This document shows positions 11,701-25,607 of a DNA stretch of 64,000 nucleotides, in pieces. The translations under genes and the position numbers were made by a program. Source of the DNA: Octopus vulgaris (Eukaryota); the NCBI GenBank assembly GCA_951406725.2, contig OX597821.1, positions 30,566,001-30,630,000 of the forward strand, written 5' to 3'. Under the pieces are notes generated by a model. That model saw nothing but the letters and a program-made list of their open reading frames with translations, was not told the DNA's origin and ran no database searches. Position 1 is the first letter of the stretch, and each line of letters begins with the position of its first letter.

Positions 11701-12039
11701 AGAGAGACACACACACACAAGCCCACACACACTCACACACACACACATACACACACTCACACATGCATATATATCTGTGTGTGTGTTCCTCAGACATCGA
11801 AAGCAAGAGAATACAGCGTAACTTCTTCAATGAAATTATCAGTAATGTTAATACAAACACTGACTCAATTTGATCCGCCCTCAGTCGAAAGACCCCTGTT
11901 ATTATGTTCTTGTTGTTTGTATTTGTAATTGTGTTCCATGTTCTCTGGGTTTTTTTTATATCTTTTTTGTCGCACACATTCGCTAGCGTTCTTACAATAA
12001 AGCTAGCGCTCATATCATAGACTTTTTGGAGGGCAACCC

Positions 12040-13840
12040 TCACTCATACACACACACCTACCTACACACACAACCCTCACTCATACACACACACCTACCT
12101 ACACATACATCTACACACACACGCCTACACACATACATACACACATACATACACGCACACACATACACATACACACACATACGCACACACACATATACTT
12201 ATACACATGCACACACACACATACATACACCCATACACATACACCCATACACATACACATACCTACATACACACAGACATACACACATACACACTCACAC
12301 AAACATACACACACACATACTTACACACACACTCGCCTGCACGCGCACACACATGCATGACAAACACCCATACACTCACACTCACATACGCACACACCAA
12401 CATAAACACGCACACGCACACACACACCTACACTCCCACACACATACATACGCACCTACATACACACACGCACGCATACACACGCACACGCATACACACA
12501 TACATTACACACGTACACACACACCTACATACACATGCATACATACACACACACAAACATGCACGGACACACCCAGACATACATACATACACCTATATAC
12601 ACACGCCCACACACCTACAGACACACACATACATACACACACATACACGGACACACCCATACATACTTACATACATACACCTATACACACACGCCTACAC
12701 ACCTACATACACACACATGCATACACACACACACATGTACGCACATACACACACATATACGGACATACATATATACCCACACACATGCACACACACACAC
12801 ATACGCACATACATGCATGCATGCACAGGCGCACACTTACACGCATACACACACACACGCATACACACACACACACGCACGTACACACATACACCCATAC
12901 ACATACATGCATCCTACACACACATACATACACACTCACACGCACACACACACACACACTCACTCACACACCTGTATGTACGCGCACACACATGCACATA
13001 CACACACTTCCACACACCCACACGTACATACATACACACTCATACACATACACACACACACACACACGGACATACATCTATGCACACACATATATACACA
13101 CATACTCACATACATTCATCGGACACACTGACACCCAGACATACACACAGACACACTCACACATCCACACACATACATACTTACGCGCATACTCGCAGGC
13201 GCGCGCACACACGCGCTTGCGCCGGTTCGCGCACACACGCGCTTGCGCCGGTTCGCGCACGCATACGCGCTGCATGCACCTCGCTCTTGGACCCGACGAG
13301 ACCTCCCGCTCGTTTCTGGGACCGTCGCTTGTCGTTGGGTTCTCCCACGCCCGTCTCCGCGGGACCACCTTCCCCTCAGCTTCTTCCATCTGCCCCTCAG
13401 CTGGAGTCCTTTTTCCTTAACCCCCCCTTTTTGTTACACACACGCGCACACATATACACACCCACTCACACACACACATTGCTTAAATATATACATTACT
13501 CTTACACACATTCAATCTACTCGCCATTAATACTACCACGACACTGGACACACACACACACTACTACTCAACACACGCTGGCACGCTACATACACCCCCA
13601 TCCCTTCCCCTCCCTCCCTTCCTCCTTCCTTCATTTTCTTACTACTGACCACTGTCTGCTATGCCTACTACCGTCTCGCCCTACCTCACACGCCTACACA
13701 CAAACGCACACACTAACACATACATATATTTTTTGTTTTTTTATCTCGCCTCACCCACACATACACACACGCACATGCACACACTCACACATACACACAC
13801 ATCTGTTGCGTTACCAACCCTGTCTCCAATCTTTTGGCTT
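12040..13840. repeat. long degenerate CA/CATA-rich low-complexity block with a GC-rich core (13190-13420)
   Basis: Direct reading; contains a duplicated cgcgcacacacgcgcttgcgccggtt unit. Confidence 0.9.
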
Positions 13841-13869
13841 TAAAAACCTACTTTGCTCTTATTATCGTA

Positions 13870-14100
13870 AACTTCCGCCTTTCACCATGTGTACTTCGTA
13901 AACACCAGTCGTTTTTTTTCTCCATCTCCTGTTGCCCGCTTTGGGATCTTTCTTTCCTCTCTCTTCCTTCTTTATGTTTCCGACGAAGAGCTCCGCTCGA
14001 AACGTCATACCTTCCTGCTTCCATATTTCTTGAGCGCCTATTAATAATAATACTGTAATTGTTCCACTGTTGTTGTTTTTTTGTTTTCCCGTTTGGATTA

Positions 14101-14102
<2 letters not shown>
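13870..14102 (+). mobile_element. PLE-type terminus, family D, with a minimal hammerhead motif (13976-14010)
   Basis: GTTT-CCGACGA-A-GAGCtccGCTC-GAAAC-GTC-ATAC; homologous to 22578-22770 and 52637-52855; 3' end abuts (TA)n. Confidence 0.7.
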
Positions 14103-14162
<60 letters not shown>

Positions 14163-14180
14163 CATACATACATATATATA

Positions 14181-14831
14181 TAATTAGTGAATGGAAGAAG
14201 ATTGTACAGAATTCCTTTTATTACATTCTACACATGTTTCAAAGGCCACAATTTTCCAAATTCTGATTAAATAAGGATACCATATTGCAGCTTTCTCTTC
14301 AGGAAAAAGCAGGAATTACGTTGACAGAACAAAACAAAACAGAGGCGCAGCAAAGCAATTCGAACGAGGACGCTCCTTAAGACCTGTAATTATTCCAACG
14401 GACCTTTTGTCGGCCCCCACCAACCCCCCGATTTCAACGTACATTGATAAACAGTTTAACCATGGGCTCTTAAGGAGCGTCTTCGTTCGAATTGCTTTGC
14501 TGCGCCTCTGTTTTGTTTTATTCTGTCAACGTAATTCCTGCTTTTTCCTGAAGAGAAAGCTGCAATATGGTATCCTTATTTAATCAGAATTTGGAAAATT
14601 GTGGCCTTTGAAACATGTGTAGAATGTAATAAAAGGAATTCTGTACAATCTTCGTTCAACTCCATTTCTTCCATTCACTAATTATATTAAACTTCAATTA
14701 TCCGCACGGTTGCAACACCAAATGGTCTTATCTCCAACCGTGTTTTTTTCTGCTGTGATTTTTGCTACCCAGGTATCGGTTAAACTTTTGAATAATCTGT
14801 AACAAGAAAATTGATCTTTCCATTTCAACAA

Positions 14832-14835
<4 letters not shown>
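14181..14835 (+). mobile_element. fold-back miniature PLE-like element (arms 14181-14382 / 14468-14684) between two (TA)n runs
   Basis: ~200-bp near-perfect inverted repeat; each arm contains a hammerhead motif. Confidence 0.8.
14545..14624 (+). ncRNA. type I hammerhead ribozyme motif with long stem II (mirror copy at 14226-14305, minus)
   Basis: TTC-CTGAAGA-gaaagctgcaat..attgtggccttt-GAAA-CATGT-GTA-GAA: intact CUGANGA/GAAA/GUA core; stem I TTC/GAA. Confidence 0.7.
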
Positions 14836-14879
<44 letters not shown>

Positions 14880-14889
14880 CACATACATG

Positions 14890-17254
14890 GCGCGGGGCAT
14901 GCAGAATCTCTGCTTGACCTCACTCACATGCTCTTTATGGAGCAAATATTACTCCACCCAACAGGGGGGAAAATGTCCTGGACCCCTGTTTCACAAAACA
15001 CGGCGCTTCTCCATAATATTGGGGTGACACCGAATATTTTCTCTTACCATATCTTAATAGAACAAACAATTTATGATCCGCTAAAGACTACAGATATGCA
15101 GGCTACTAGAAGCACCCAACAAGTCTGATTAGAAGGGTATCAAGAAAGAAACCGGGGAACATCACTGGTCTACCAGTCTCTCTACAGAAGACATTGACAT
15201 AACGTTACAACTCTTTATGACAATCATGCATGACATCTGTTGTAAGTTTGCTCCAGAGAGAATGCTAAGCCAGCAGAAAAATTAATACCCAGGGATAGGA
15301 GGATTTTAATGAAACGATGAGCAAAAATCTGAAACCGTTTAAATGGGCTATTGGAGGATAACAAACGAGCTTACTTCACACGAACATTGCTCGAAATGGA
15401 AAATGAACTCAAATGCTCCCATGAAAAAGAGAGGGCAGAAAAAGAGGGCAGGGCTATCAAAGACAAAACTAAACACTTCTATAGATATGCAAATGTATCT
15501 GCTTCAGTACGGTACAAAATAGGGTCACTACTTGAAGAAAATGGCTCATCGACTGCAGACCTCACAGCGGATCTGTGACATATTGAATGTGCAATAAAAG
15601 AGTACTTCCACCACTCCACTGGGACACTTGTAATAGCTATTCCTGATTAGTTCTTTGGCACCACAGACCTACACAACAAAATGCCAATTATTGCCAGTAT
15701 CCACACAGTGGAAACTGATGTGATATCCGCCATTGATGAGATTAGGTCAAACTCACCAACAGACACTGGTGGATTCTCAACAATCCTGCTAGAGACATGT
15801 AAAGAGAAACTAGCTAGACCACTTCAGATTCTCTCCCAGAGCTTCTTCACAAAGGCTGACTTCCCAAAAAGTTAAAAGAAGGCATTATATCCCCTATCCA
15901 CAAGGGAGGTAGCAGAGCAAACGCTAGGAATTATAGACCTGTCTCTCTAATTTCCTATCTCTGCAAACTCATGCAGCGCATTGTCAGGAAGAAACTAATT
16001 GCGTTCCTTGATGATAAGGATTTGTTTCCTGACACCCAGCATGGATTTCGCTCAGGCAGAAGCTGCCTTGCACAAATTTTACTTTGATGAGATTGATCAT
16101 AGGATGATATGTCACAAAATATGGAAACTCGGTATAACTGGGCGAATCGCAGAGTGGTTGCATAACTTCTTAAAAGACAGGAGCCAGGCTGTAGCAGCCA
16201 ACGGCGCACTCTCTACGGAGACATTAATAGAAAGTGGAGTGCCCGAGGGAAATGTATTGGAGCCACTGGTGTTCATGGCGGCTCTTTCAGACATGCCATC
16301 ATTTACACAGATAACTACACTTACTAGCTATGTCTATTACAGTAATGTAGTACAAGCAGTCAAGGAACCTTCTGATGCCAATCTTCTACAGAAAGACCTA
16401 GATGCCTTATATAAATGGTCTGAGGACAAAAGCCAATTTAATGCAGTCAAATTCCAAGTCGTCCGCTATCAGGTAATTGATGCTCAGAAGTCAGAGGTCA
16501 CAACAACGATACTTTGGACGAAAAGGAGCGCCAATCCTAGAATCACATGCGTTGCGTTATCTTGGGATTTATATGAGCAACGATGCCTCGTTTCACATGC
16601 ATGTCGCCATGATGAGGGCAGTGTGCAGGCAAATGGCCGGATGGATTCTGAGAACCTTTAGAACAAGGTTCCAGGAAATATGCTAGTTCTATGGGAGACA
16701 TTTGTCCTCAGCCGTCTGGACTGCTGCTCTCAACTGTGGACACCTTACACTGTACGATTAATAGCAGAACTTGATGCGGTTCAGAGATATTACACAAGGA
16801 AGATTGCATCAGTAGAACAACTAAGCTAATAGGAGAGACTGAACGGCTACCACTCTACTCCATGGAGAGGTATGTAGTGATATATGTGTGGAAGATATTG
16901 GATGTGCTGGCACCAAACTTTGGAATTGAGAATTATATCAGACCTCGAAATAAATCCAAAATTCCCAGCTGTCTCATCTAAGGCGAGGATTATGTACTGC
17001 AATACTTTGGAATTCAAGGGCCTATAGCTATGTTACTCCTTGCTAAAACATCCGAGGGATCTCCATGACTGCGTGTAGATATTTTCAAGAAACATATTGA
17101 CCTCTTGCTATCGTAGATCCCAGATGAACCAATATCGAACTCCGTCTTTCACAAAAAAGGCAATCTCATAAAATTGGCCAGTGAAAGGGTGATTATACTG
17201 GCGGTGCCCCAGCATGGCCGCAACCACAAACCTGAAACATATAAGAGAATAAGA

Positions 17255-17258
<4 letters not shown>
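14890..17258 (+). mobile_element. decayed CR1/L2-group LINE (RT domain to 3' end)
   Basis: HKGGSRANARNYRPVSLIS..QHGFRSGRSCL; SGVPEGNVLEP; GWILRTF; many stops and frameshifts; tail (aagagaat)2. Confidence 0.88.
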
Positions 17259-17309
<51 letters not shown>

Positions 17310-18139
17310 TGCACACTTATATACATACACCGATCAACAAATATATTCATACTCATACATACACGCACATACATCTTTTACATATATGTATGTACATAGG
17401 TATAGTTTCGGACACTCTAATATATATACACATGCATATGTGTATATGGGATGGGGAGGAGGGAAAACTGAATTATAATTACTTTTATATCTCTCCCATC
17501 ATGAAAATGCATATTTGGCGCAGTGGTTACATCATGCGTGTTTACCCGATTCACATTATTCAGCAGCATACTCAATGCTTCCTCAAGGCAAAGGTCACAT
17601 TTGTCGGATAACGAATTACATGATTGTACATATTTTTTTTATTATTGACCGTTCCATTTTGTATTTAACTTTTGATTCTTTCAGTTTCCATATTAGGTCT
17701 GCCAGTGAAGTTGCGTGTCGTCTGTTTATTTGTCGGAATGACGAGATGTGGTAACGATAACTGACTTTGAATTGTTTTACCGAGGCACAAATGTATGCAT
17801 ATTTATGTTGGGATGTGGAGATTGTGCATTTGTATATTGTTTTCTTTTAGACACATTGGTTTATGAGCGCATAAGCAGATTTTCTGTAGCATGTGCAGAT
17901 ATTTATACGATTATTATTTTTATGTTTATCTGGTGACTTTTTGATTCTGTTTTCATGATGTTCTGTACGATTGTTAGTGTCTGAAGCGTTCTTATTCAAT
18001 TTTCACACACGACGAATGCTCAAAACCAGACTTGGAAGTATATCGTAATACTACCGGTTATTTGGTAACTCTATGGGGGTGAACGAGCTGTTTTTTATAC
18101 TCTGCTACGTTCCTACCGGAATATATCTTACATATATAC

Positions 18140-18465
18140 TCTTTACTCTTTACTCTTTTACTCTTTTACTTGTTTCAGTCATTTGACTACGGCCATGCTT
18201 GAGCACCGCCTTTAGTCGAGCAAATCGACCCCGGAACTTATTCTTTGTAAACCCAGTACTTATTCTATCGGTCTCTTTGCCGAACCGTTAAGTGATGGGG
18301 ACGTAAACACACCAACATCGGTTGTCAAGCAATGCTAGGGGGACAAACACAAACACACAAACACATACACACACATATATATATATACATATATACGACA
18401 GGCTTCTTTCAGTTTCCGTCTACGAAATCCACTCACAAGGCATTGGTCGGCCCGGGGCTATAGCA
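18140..18465 (-). mobile_element. SINE family A, 5'-truncated
   Basis: Reverse complement of family A body and tail with (ctctttta)n. Confidence 0.88.
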
Positions 18466-19139
18466 GAGTGTGTCTGCGTGTCTGTGTGTCTGTGTATGTG
18501 TGTTTGTGTCTGTGTGTCTGTTTCCGTGTCTGTGTGTCTGTGTGTGTAGGAGTGTAATGGGTGCTAAAGGATTGTAAATGACAACAATATAGGCACACAG
18601 TTTAATACATATTTCTCGCTTAAAAGTTAGGCAAAATTGTTTAGAGTCATAAGCTTTTCAACGCTTGTTCTTTAGAGTAAGTTGAAATGCGGAAGTGCAT
18701 TTAGAAAAGACTGTTCGAAAATAAAATAAAAGCGATGATAGGAGCCAAGTGTCACTATAACCCTACAGATGGACTTAGCGTCAGCGAGTGCGATTGGTAT
18801 TTTGGCGTGAGTCTATGAGTGTAAGAATGGGCAATCGAAGCGGCAGAGTGCCTTGGGGCAGTGGGAACGTGAGATATTGTTCTGCGTGTGAAGAAAACTT
18901 TAATGTGAGTTTAGGGTGAGTGTAAGTGTAAGGTAGAAGGAAAGGCTTCCCTTTCCTGTTACCTCACACTCGTGTCCGTCTCTTCCTCTTGACATCTGCG
19001 CCTTCCTCGCATAAAAATAGCTGTTACCCGTAGACATCAACACCCATTAAACTATACTTAGCACTCGAACTGAAAACAATGCACATCAACACCTTCACAT
19101 ACTCATCTCAAAACGCGTATACACTCCTATAGTCACCAT

Positions 19140-19332
19140 GATAGATCATTAGCCACTACACACATTTTTTCTCTCCTTTTTTTCTCTCCTTGTTTTTTCT
19201 GAGTCCCATTCTGTAGAAGAGCGTAGGCTCGAAACGTAAGAGACTTTTTCTATTCCTGACGGTTATACTAATCAATCGGTTTGTTTTGTACACCACCTGT
19301 CTTCGTCTTTTGTTTTTTCATAAACTCTCCCT

Positions 19333-19401
<69 letters not shown>

Positions 19402-19565
19402 TATGTATTAGTATAACGCCCAGGAATAGAAAAGCTTTTTACGTCTCGAGCTTACGTTCTTCTAACGTAAAAGACTTTTCTATTCCTGGGCGTTATACTA
19501 ATACATCTGTTTGTTTTGTACACCACCTGTCTTCGTCTTTTGTTTTTTTCGTAAACTCTCCTATA
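19140..19565 (+). mobile_element. family C PLE-type termini: direct copy, short inverted piece (19405-19450) and second direct copy
   Basis: Hammerhead-like motif 19209-19240 CTGTAGA-A-GAGCgtagGCTC-GAAAC-GTA; tandem and inverted pieces of the same terminus. Confidence 0.65.
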
Positions 19566-20435
19566 CACTCCTATACCTACACACATACACGCGCACGCAT
19601 ACACACTCACATACACACACACACACACCTGTCTCTTCTTCCTATTCACGATATCGCTCATTCTATTTTCGATTCGATGCCTCGGTACGTGCCTCGCTTC
19701 AGCTGTTTCAATTATTTCTTTATCATTTATGAAGAATAAATATTTTCATAAAACTTTGCTTCCTAACTATTTCTAGAATTAGATGTAGTTAGTGATAATC
19801 TGTCACATTAAATGACAGTTTAGTTAGATCAAGCGATGTGTAATGTTAACGTGTGTTGATAACAAATTCGTTCTTTCCTTCCTTAAAGAGAAATATCATA
19901 TTTTTTGTCATTTATTTAAACACTTTTTCAAATTACAACAGGTTTACTATTTGTTCTTCATATATTGTAATGTGTGGTTGAACTACGTTTCTATTCATTC
20001 GAAAATAATATAAGCTGGGATTACTCCTACGGAATTATACCGACGTCTCGTTTGGCCTGTTATATATAAATGTATTTAGTTTTCTGGTGAAACAAAATAT
20101 ATATATCCTTCATGAAAAGCTCGCATAACTTAACTCACATTTTGCCTATGTTTTCCTTGTACACTAATCTATAGCCGGATATTGAAATCCATCTATCCAC
20201 CTATATAGATTCATATATAGATACATCCACGTATATACGTAAAAGATACATACATATATACATTACAAACGAGAGAAACAAAATTGAATTCATGAGATTT
20301 TTCATTTATCATAACGATCGTTCCGACCCATCTTGCATCGGTCCCTCGTTGCACATTAGCGGGTGTATCCCTAAGAATTAAATAACTACACACACACAGA
20401 CTCACTCATACACAAACACACACATACATATATAC

Positions 20436-20511
<76 letters not shown>

Positions 20512-20859
20512 CTGTCCTTATTTATACACATTCGTACGAATACATGCGCAAATGAATGTTATATTTGTAGATGCACTTCACCAAACTATGCACCCGGAAG
20601 CAAATAAACCTTGGATAAACAGAGCCTCCGTCATTTGGGGAGAAAAAATTCAGATCAATTTTAAAGGTGGAACTCGGTGTGGGAAGCGACTTATTTAACG
20701 ACTAAGCTTAATTCAGTATATGAATCCAAGTTGTTTAGTCAGCAATCTTGTGAAAATTTTCAATGCATTCACACTTGAAATGAGTATTTGTCTATGACAC
20801 AACATATTTCAAAATATTATCATTCAATTATTCGACTTTTTACATTCATGTTAGTTATG

Positions 20860-21270
20860 GGAATTTTTCGGTTTGAACGGCAGTTTTTAACATGATTTCT
20901 AGGTAACTGAAAAATTTTAAACTTCGTATACTGATATAATGTGTTTATAAAAACATCTTTTTCTCTTTGGTTTATTGAGAAAATTCTATAGTTTGTAAAA
21001 TATTTGTTGTTTTTTTTTCTCTTCAATTTCTGCAATTTCAACCAATCACTAACGTCTATTGAGTTAAACAACATTCTGTACCTCGTTTAAGAAACAGATT
21101 GTGTTTATTTACATTTGTGAAGAAAAAATATACCCTTCCCCCACCCCTAACCCTAACCCTAACCTTAAAACAGATTGAAATGCAATAGATTGATACTAGG
21201 GTCATAATTATGGGTGACAATTTCATATGACACCACTAGAAAAAAACTGCCGTTCAAACCGAAAAGATCC
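20860..21270 (+). mobile_element. MITE with ~28-bp TIRs, 8-bp TSD and internal (CCCTAA)n
   Basis: GGAATTTTTCGGTTTGAACGGCAGTTTT .. AAAACTGCCGTTCAAACCGAAAAGATCC; TAGTTATG at 20852-20859 and 21271-21278. Confidence 0.9.
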
Positions 21271-21734
21271 TAGTTATGTATTATACATTGTTGTTGTATG
21301 ATAATTCGAATACTTTCATGCTGATGTGTATTTTAACGTAAGCATATAGGAAATTTAATTGCCTGAACTTGATGTTAAATATTTGCTTTAAGATTACATA
21401 AATGGTTCTAATTTATTCAATTCAATAGCTTTTTTTCTTCTTCATATTTAAACTTAATCTTTGATCCCTTTGCTATCAAGAAAATAAAAATTAGTGAGAT
21501 TCTTCACATTACTAAATTTTTTAAACTTTATATTCATTTTCCTATTTTATTAAATATGCATTGATTTACTCCAAATAAAATTTTAAAGAGAAGGAATTGA
21601 TTAAACTTTCAGAACTATTACATTAATAAAATTAATGAAATGTATCCTAAATTTACTGTGATAGAGAAGCATCATTCTCTAAGCATTCGTTTATACGTTT
21701 TATGTGGCAACATTAACGAATAAAAATTACGACG

Positions 21735-21922
21735 AGAGCAGGCAGATTCGTAAGTATGTCGAGTAAAATGCTCAGCGGCTGTTTGTCCGTCTTTTCGTGC
21801 TGAGTTCAAATTCCACCAAGGTGGATTCAATAAAATACATATTAGCTGAGCACTGTGATCGATGAAATCCACTTACCCCTCCTCGAAATTGCTGGCTTTG
21901 TATCACAATTGTGAAACCGTTA
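21735..21922 (+). mobile_element. SINE family B, decayed
   Basis: gagcaggcagattcg..gagttcaaattccaccaag..cctcgaaattgctggctttg. Confidence 0.65.
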
Positions 21923-22480
21923 TTAAGGAAAAGAATAAGGAACACCGAATTGACCGAACTTGGTATTCTCCATCGAAAAACGCTACAATTCAGCGGAGAG
22001 TCAAAACCGCAAAAGCGTCAGAGAACGCGTTGAACTTTACACTCGGGGTTCAAAACCTCCCGCGGGATATGAAAGCACAGAAAAAAAGTTACGGAACGGC
22101 AATGGATCAACGGCTTTAATGTATTTGCTTATAGTCTGTTCACATTGTGAGTTTTACTGAAACGAATATTTATTACGTCTTGTACGTGTCCATATGTATG
22201 TATGTGTATCACTATGTCTCCATCCAAACAGATTTGTATCGTATATTATTTACATTTGTTGCAGTTATTGGACTGCGGTTATGCTGCAGTACCGTCTGGA
22301 AATGTTTAGTCAAATAAATAAATCCCCAAAGATATGTTTCTGTTTCAAGTCTTGCACATATTTTATCTTCCCTTTTGCTGAACCGTAACCGCTTACGGTA
22401 ACTAACAAACTCTGCTAGCTAAGTGGAGAAATATTGGTGACAACAGTTGTTATTTAGTAAAACCATAAGTGCGCACTTGC

Positions 22481-22770
<290 letters not shown>

Positions 22771-22791
22771 CGCATTTATATATATATTTAT

Positions 22792-23307
22792 ATTACATGG
22801 GAAACTGCGCGCATGAAAAGTAATATTCTTCAGATTATAAACCTGGAATAGTATAGGACAAGTTATTACAACTGTAAAAGTAGAGAAAAAGCTATTACTT
22901 CTCGTAGAGTAAAGAATAAGAAACTTTTTACTTAAAATATTACACCAAAGAATGCCAGTTGTAATTTATCACACTTTACAGTTCTCATCTTTTAAATTTA
23001 TTGTACAAAACTGTTCAGCTAATTTGTAAGTTTGTCTAATTAGTCACTTTTTCTATATTTAAGGTAGTATATTAGCCAAATTCTACTAAAATAAGTATAG
23101 CTTATTTGTAAACAATTATAAAATAAGTTTTAATATTCAAATTTTAATTTTAGGTGCAAACTTTAAAGTAAAAAGTCTCCTATTCCTTATTTTCCTAGAA
23201 GTAATAACTTGTCCTATACTTTTACAGGTGTAATAACCTGTCCTGTACGTTTCCAATTTTATAATCTTAGGAATATTACTTTTCGTGCTCTCATTTTTCC
23301 ATGTAAT
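22792..23307. mobile_element. MITE/fold-back DNA element with long imperfect TIRs
   Basis: attacatgggaaa..aaaagtaatattc..ggacaagttattaca is inverted relative to tgtaataacctgtcc..gaatattacttttc..tttccatgtaat; superfamily unknown. Confidence 0.7.
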
Positions 23308-23699
23308 CCAGGATTTTTCCAGGCATTGCTATTATAAGGTAATTAATAATGTGTCAATTAATAATTGAAGATTTTACCTTATAAAACACTGTAGGATAAT
23401 ATATCAATTTTTCCATGTAAGTGATGATAATATCTCCTTTTTTTCATGTTTAATATAAATATACGTTGTGATTGAATTATTTGATATTACCCATCCACAC
23501 CAAAATAATGGCAGGGATTTTTACCATGTTCGTTGCACTGGATCACCAAACGTTACAAACCACAAGACCCCAAAGCCATCAGTTACCAGACTCATCTAAA
23601 GTTTTGCAATATTAAGAGGTCACAGGAATGCATGCAACGAAAAAAAAGATTCCAATGATTCCGGGATGGGAGTGGGGGAATCCCCACCTCATTTTTTCC

Positions 23700-23807
23700 G
23701 AACCACCCCTAACCCTAATGCAATAGATCGATGCTAGGGTCATAATTATGGGTGACAATTTCATATGACACCGCTAGAAAAACTGTCGTTCAAACCGAAA
23801 AGATCCC
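23700..23807 (+). mobile_element. partial copy (right end) of the 20860 MITE
   Basis: ccctaaccctaa..gggtcataattatgggtgacaatttcatatgacacc..gttcaaaccgaaaagatcc. Confidence 0.85.
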
Positions 23808-24561
23808 ATATCTGCATTTCTCAATTTAATGTGTAAGCCGTAGACTATACATATGAAGTCGAATTCAGAGTGTTTGTAAAATATTAAGGGCTTAGGTTTT
23901 ATAATTTAACATTTCACTCTCGTAAATTGAACTTAGTGTTTATTTAAATCGATTCGCATTCAATCTGGCGTTTTGTCACAAACGGTGAAATTTCAAGGGA
24001 AAGAATCATTTAGCATAAAGGACAATTCAGTGTCGATGATAAAGACGGCGGGGAAAAAGCAATAAAATAAACAATTGCCACCACCGTTAACTGAGACAGA
24101 GAAGCGGTGAAAATAGCAGCGTAACTGTAACCAAAGAATATGCTTTAAACAAACAACATTTAATTCTGAACGGTAAGTGTGATACATCATAACGTTACCT
24201 TTATGGAATTTCTTACCGATTAATTATCTATGTTTAGTTTCTTATTAGTTTTTTTGTCAAGCTGTGACTAGCATTTATCTGTTTATGCTATATTGTGATG
24301 AGAGATAGAATTAATTCTTTTGTGACAAGGAACTAGCACACTGTAAAAACCTTCCATTCGTTGCAAAGCCCAACAAATTTTACTAGCTGGAGGAATTTAA
24401 ATTTGATGATTCAATTTGCATTACCAGGTAAGCTGCATTGAATAACTATGAAAACAAAGACAAACAAATCAAAACTGGAACAGATTAAAACGAGACAAAG
24501 AAACAACATTCAAAAATCAAGATGTATGTTTGTGTGTCTGTGTGTATATGAACCCGCACAC

Positions 24562-24608
<47 letters not shown>

Positions 24609-25107
24609 TATATATTTATATATACACACACATACAGAAAAATAAAATTAATTGTTCAGAACAATTTCTTTTAAGACCAAATTTTCTTTCCGTTTTATAA
24701 ATTTGCGTTTTGCTTTGCTTTCCGTTCTCTTCATCTTCCACTATCATTGTTCTCCCCACATTTTTTTTTGTCGGTCCTTTCTTCCTCTTATTCTTTCGTG
24801 TTCCAGCAGTTTATATTTGTGTTTGAATGTTTCTGTAAGTTCCTACCGTATCTTTTATACATGTATGTATATATTTTTTACTTCTGTTATCTGCCATGAA
24901 ATCACCAATGAAAAGCACAGCACAAATGCATAAATAGTAAAAGTAACATTCAAGAAAAAATTAGCAACAAAACAATTCAAATAAGCATTGAACATAGTGA
25001 GGATTAAATGTTTTCGTTCTTTTTATAATGCATCTCTACTCTATCATTGTATGCTGTACCCGTAACATCCCTGCATACGCAATGCACTCTACTCTATCAG
25101 CTCTCTT

Positions 25108-25147
<40 letters not shown>

Positions 25148-25299
25148 CGCTCCTTCCTCTGCCTTTTTCTTTTTTCATCACTTGTCTACAGATATTACCT
25201 TCACAATGTGCTACTAGTAAACAATGTCTTTCTTTAATCCGTTTAATAACATACCTTCGGTTGTAACCGCAATGATTGTTGTTGTTCTTATTCTTATTT

Positions 25300-25493
<194 letters not shown>

Positions 25494-25553
25494 CAATTAT
25501 TGAATTCAAACAGACTGTTCGAACTTATTGCAAATTAAAAAAGAAAGATTGAT

Positions 25554-25607
<54 letters not shown>

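Noticed and set aside
12026-13901. Long His/Thr/Tyr-rich ORFs (464 and 564 aa)
   Set aside because: Translation of CA-rich low-complexity DNA that lacks stop codons; several frames are open at once
21144-21166. Telomeric repeats as evidence of a chromosome end or fusion
   Set aside because: Only 3-4 units, internal to a multi-copy MITE
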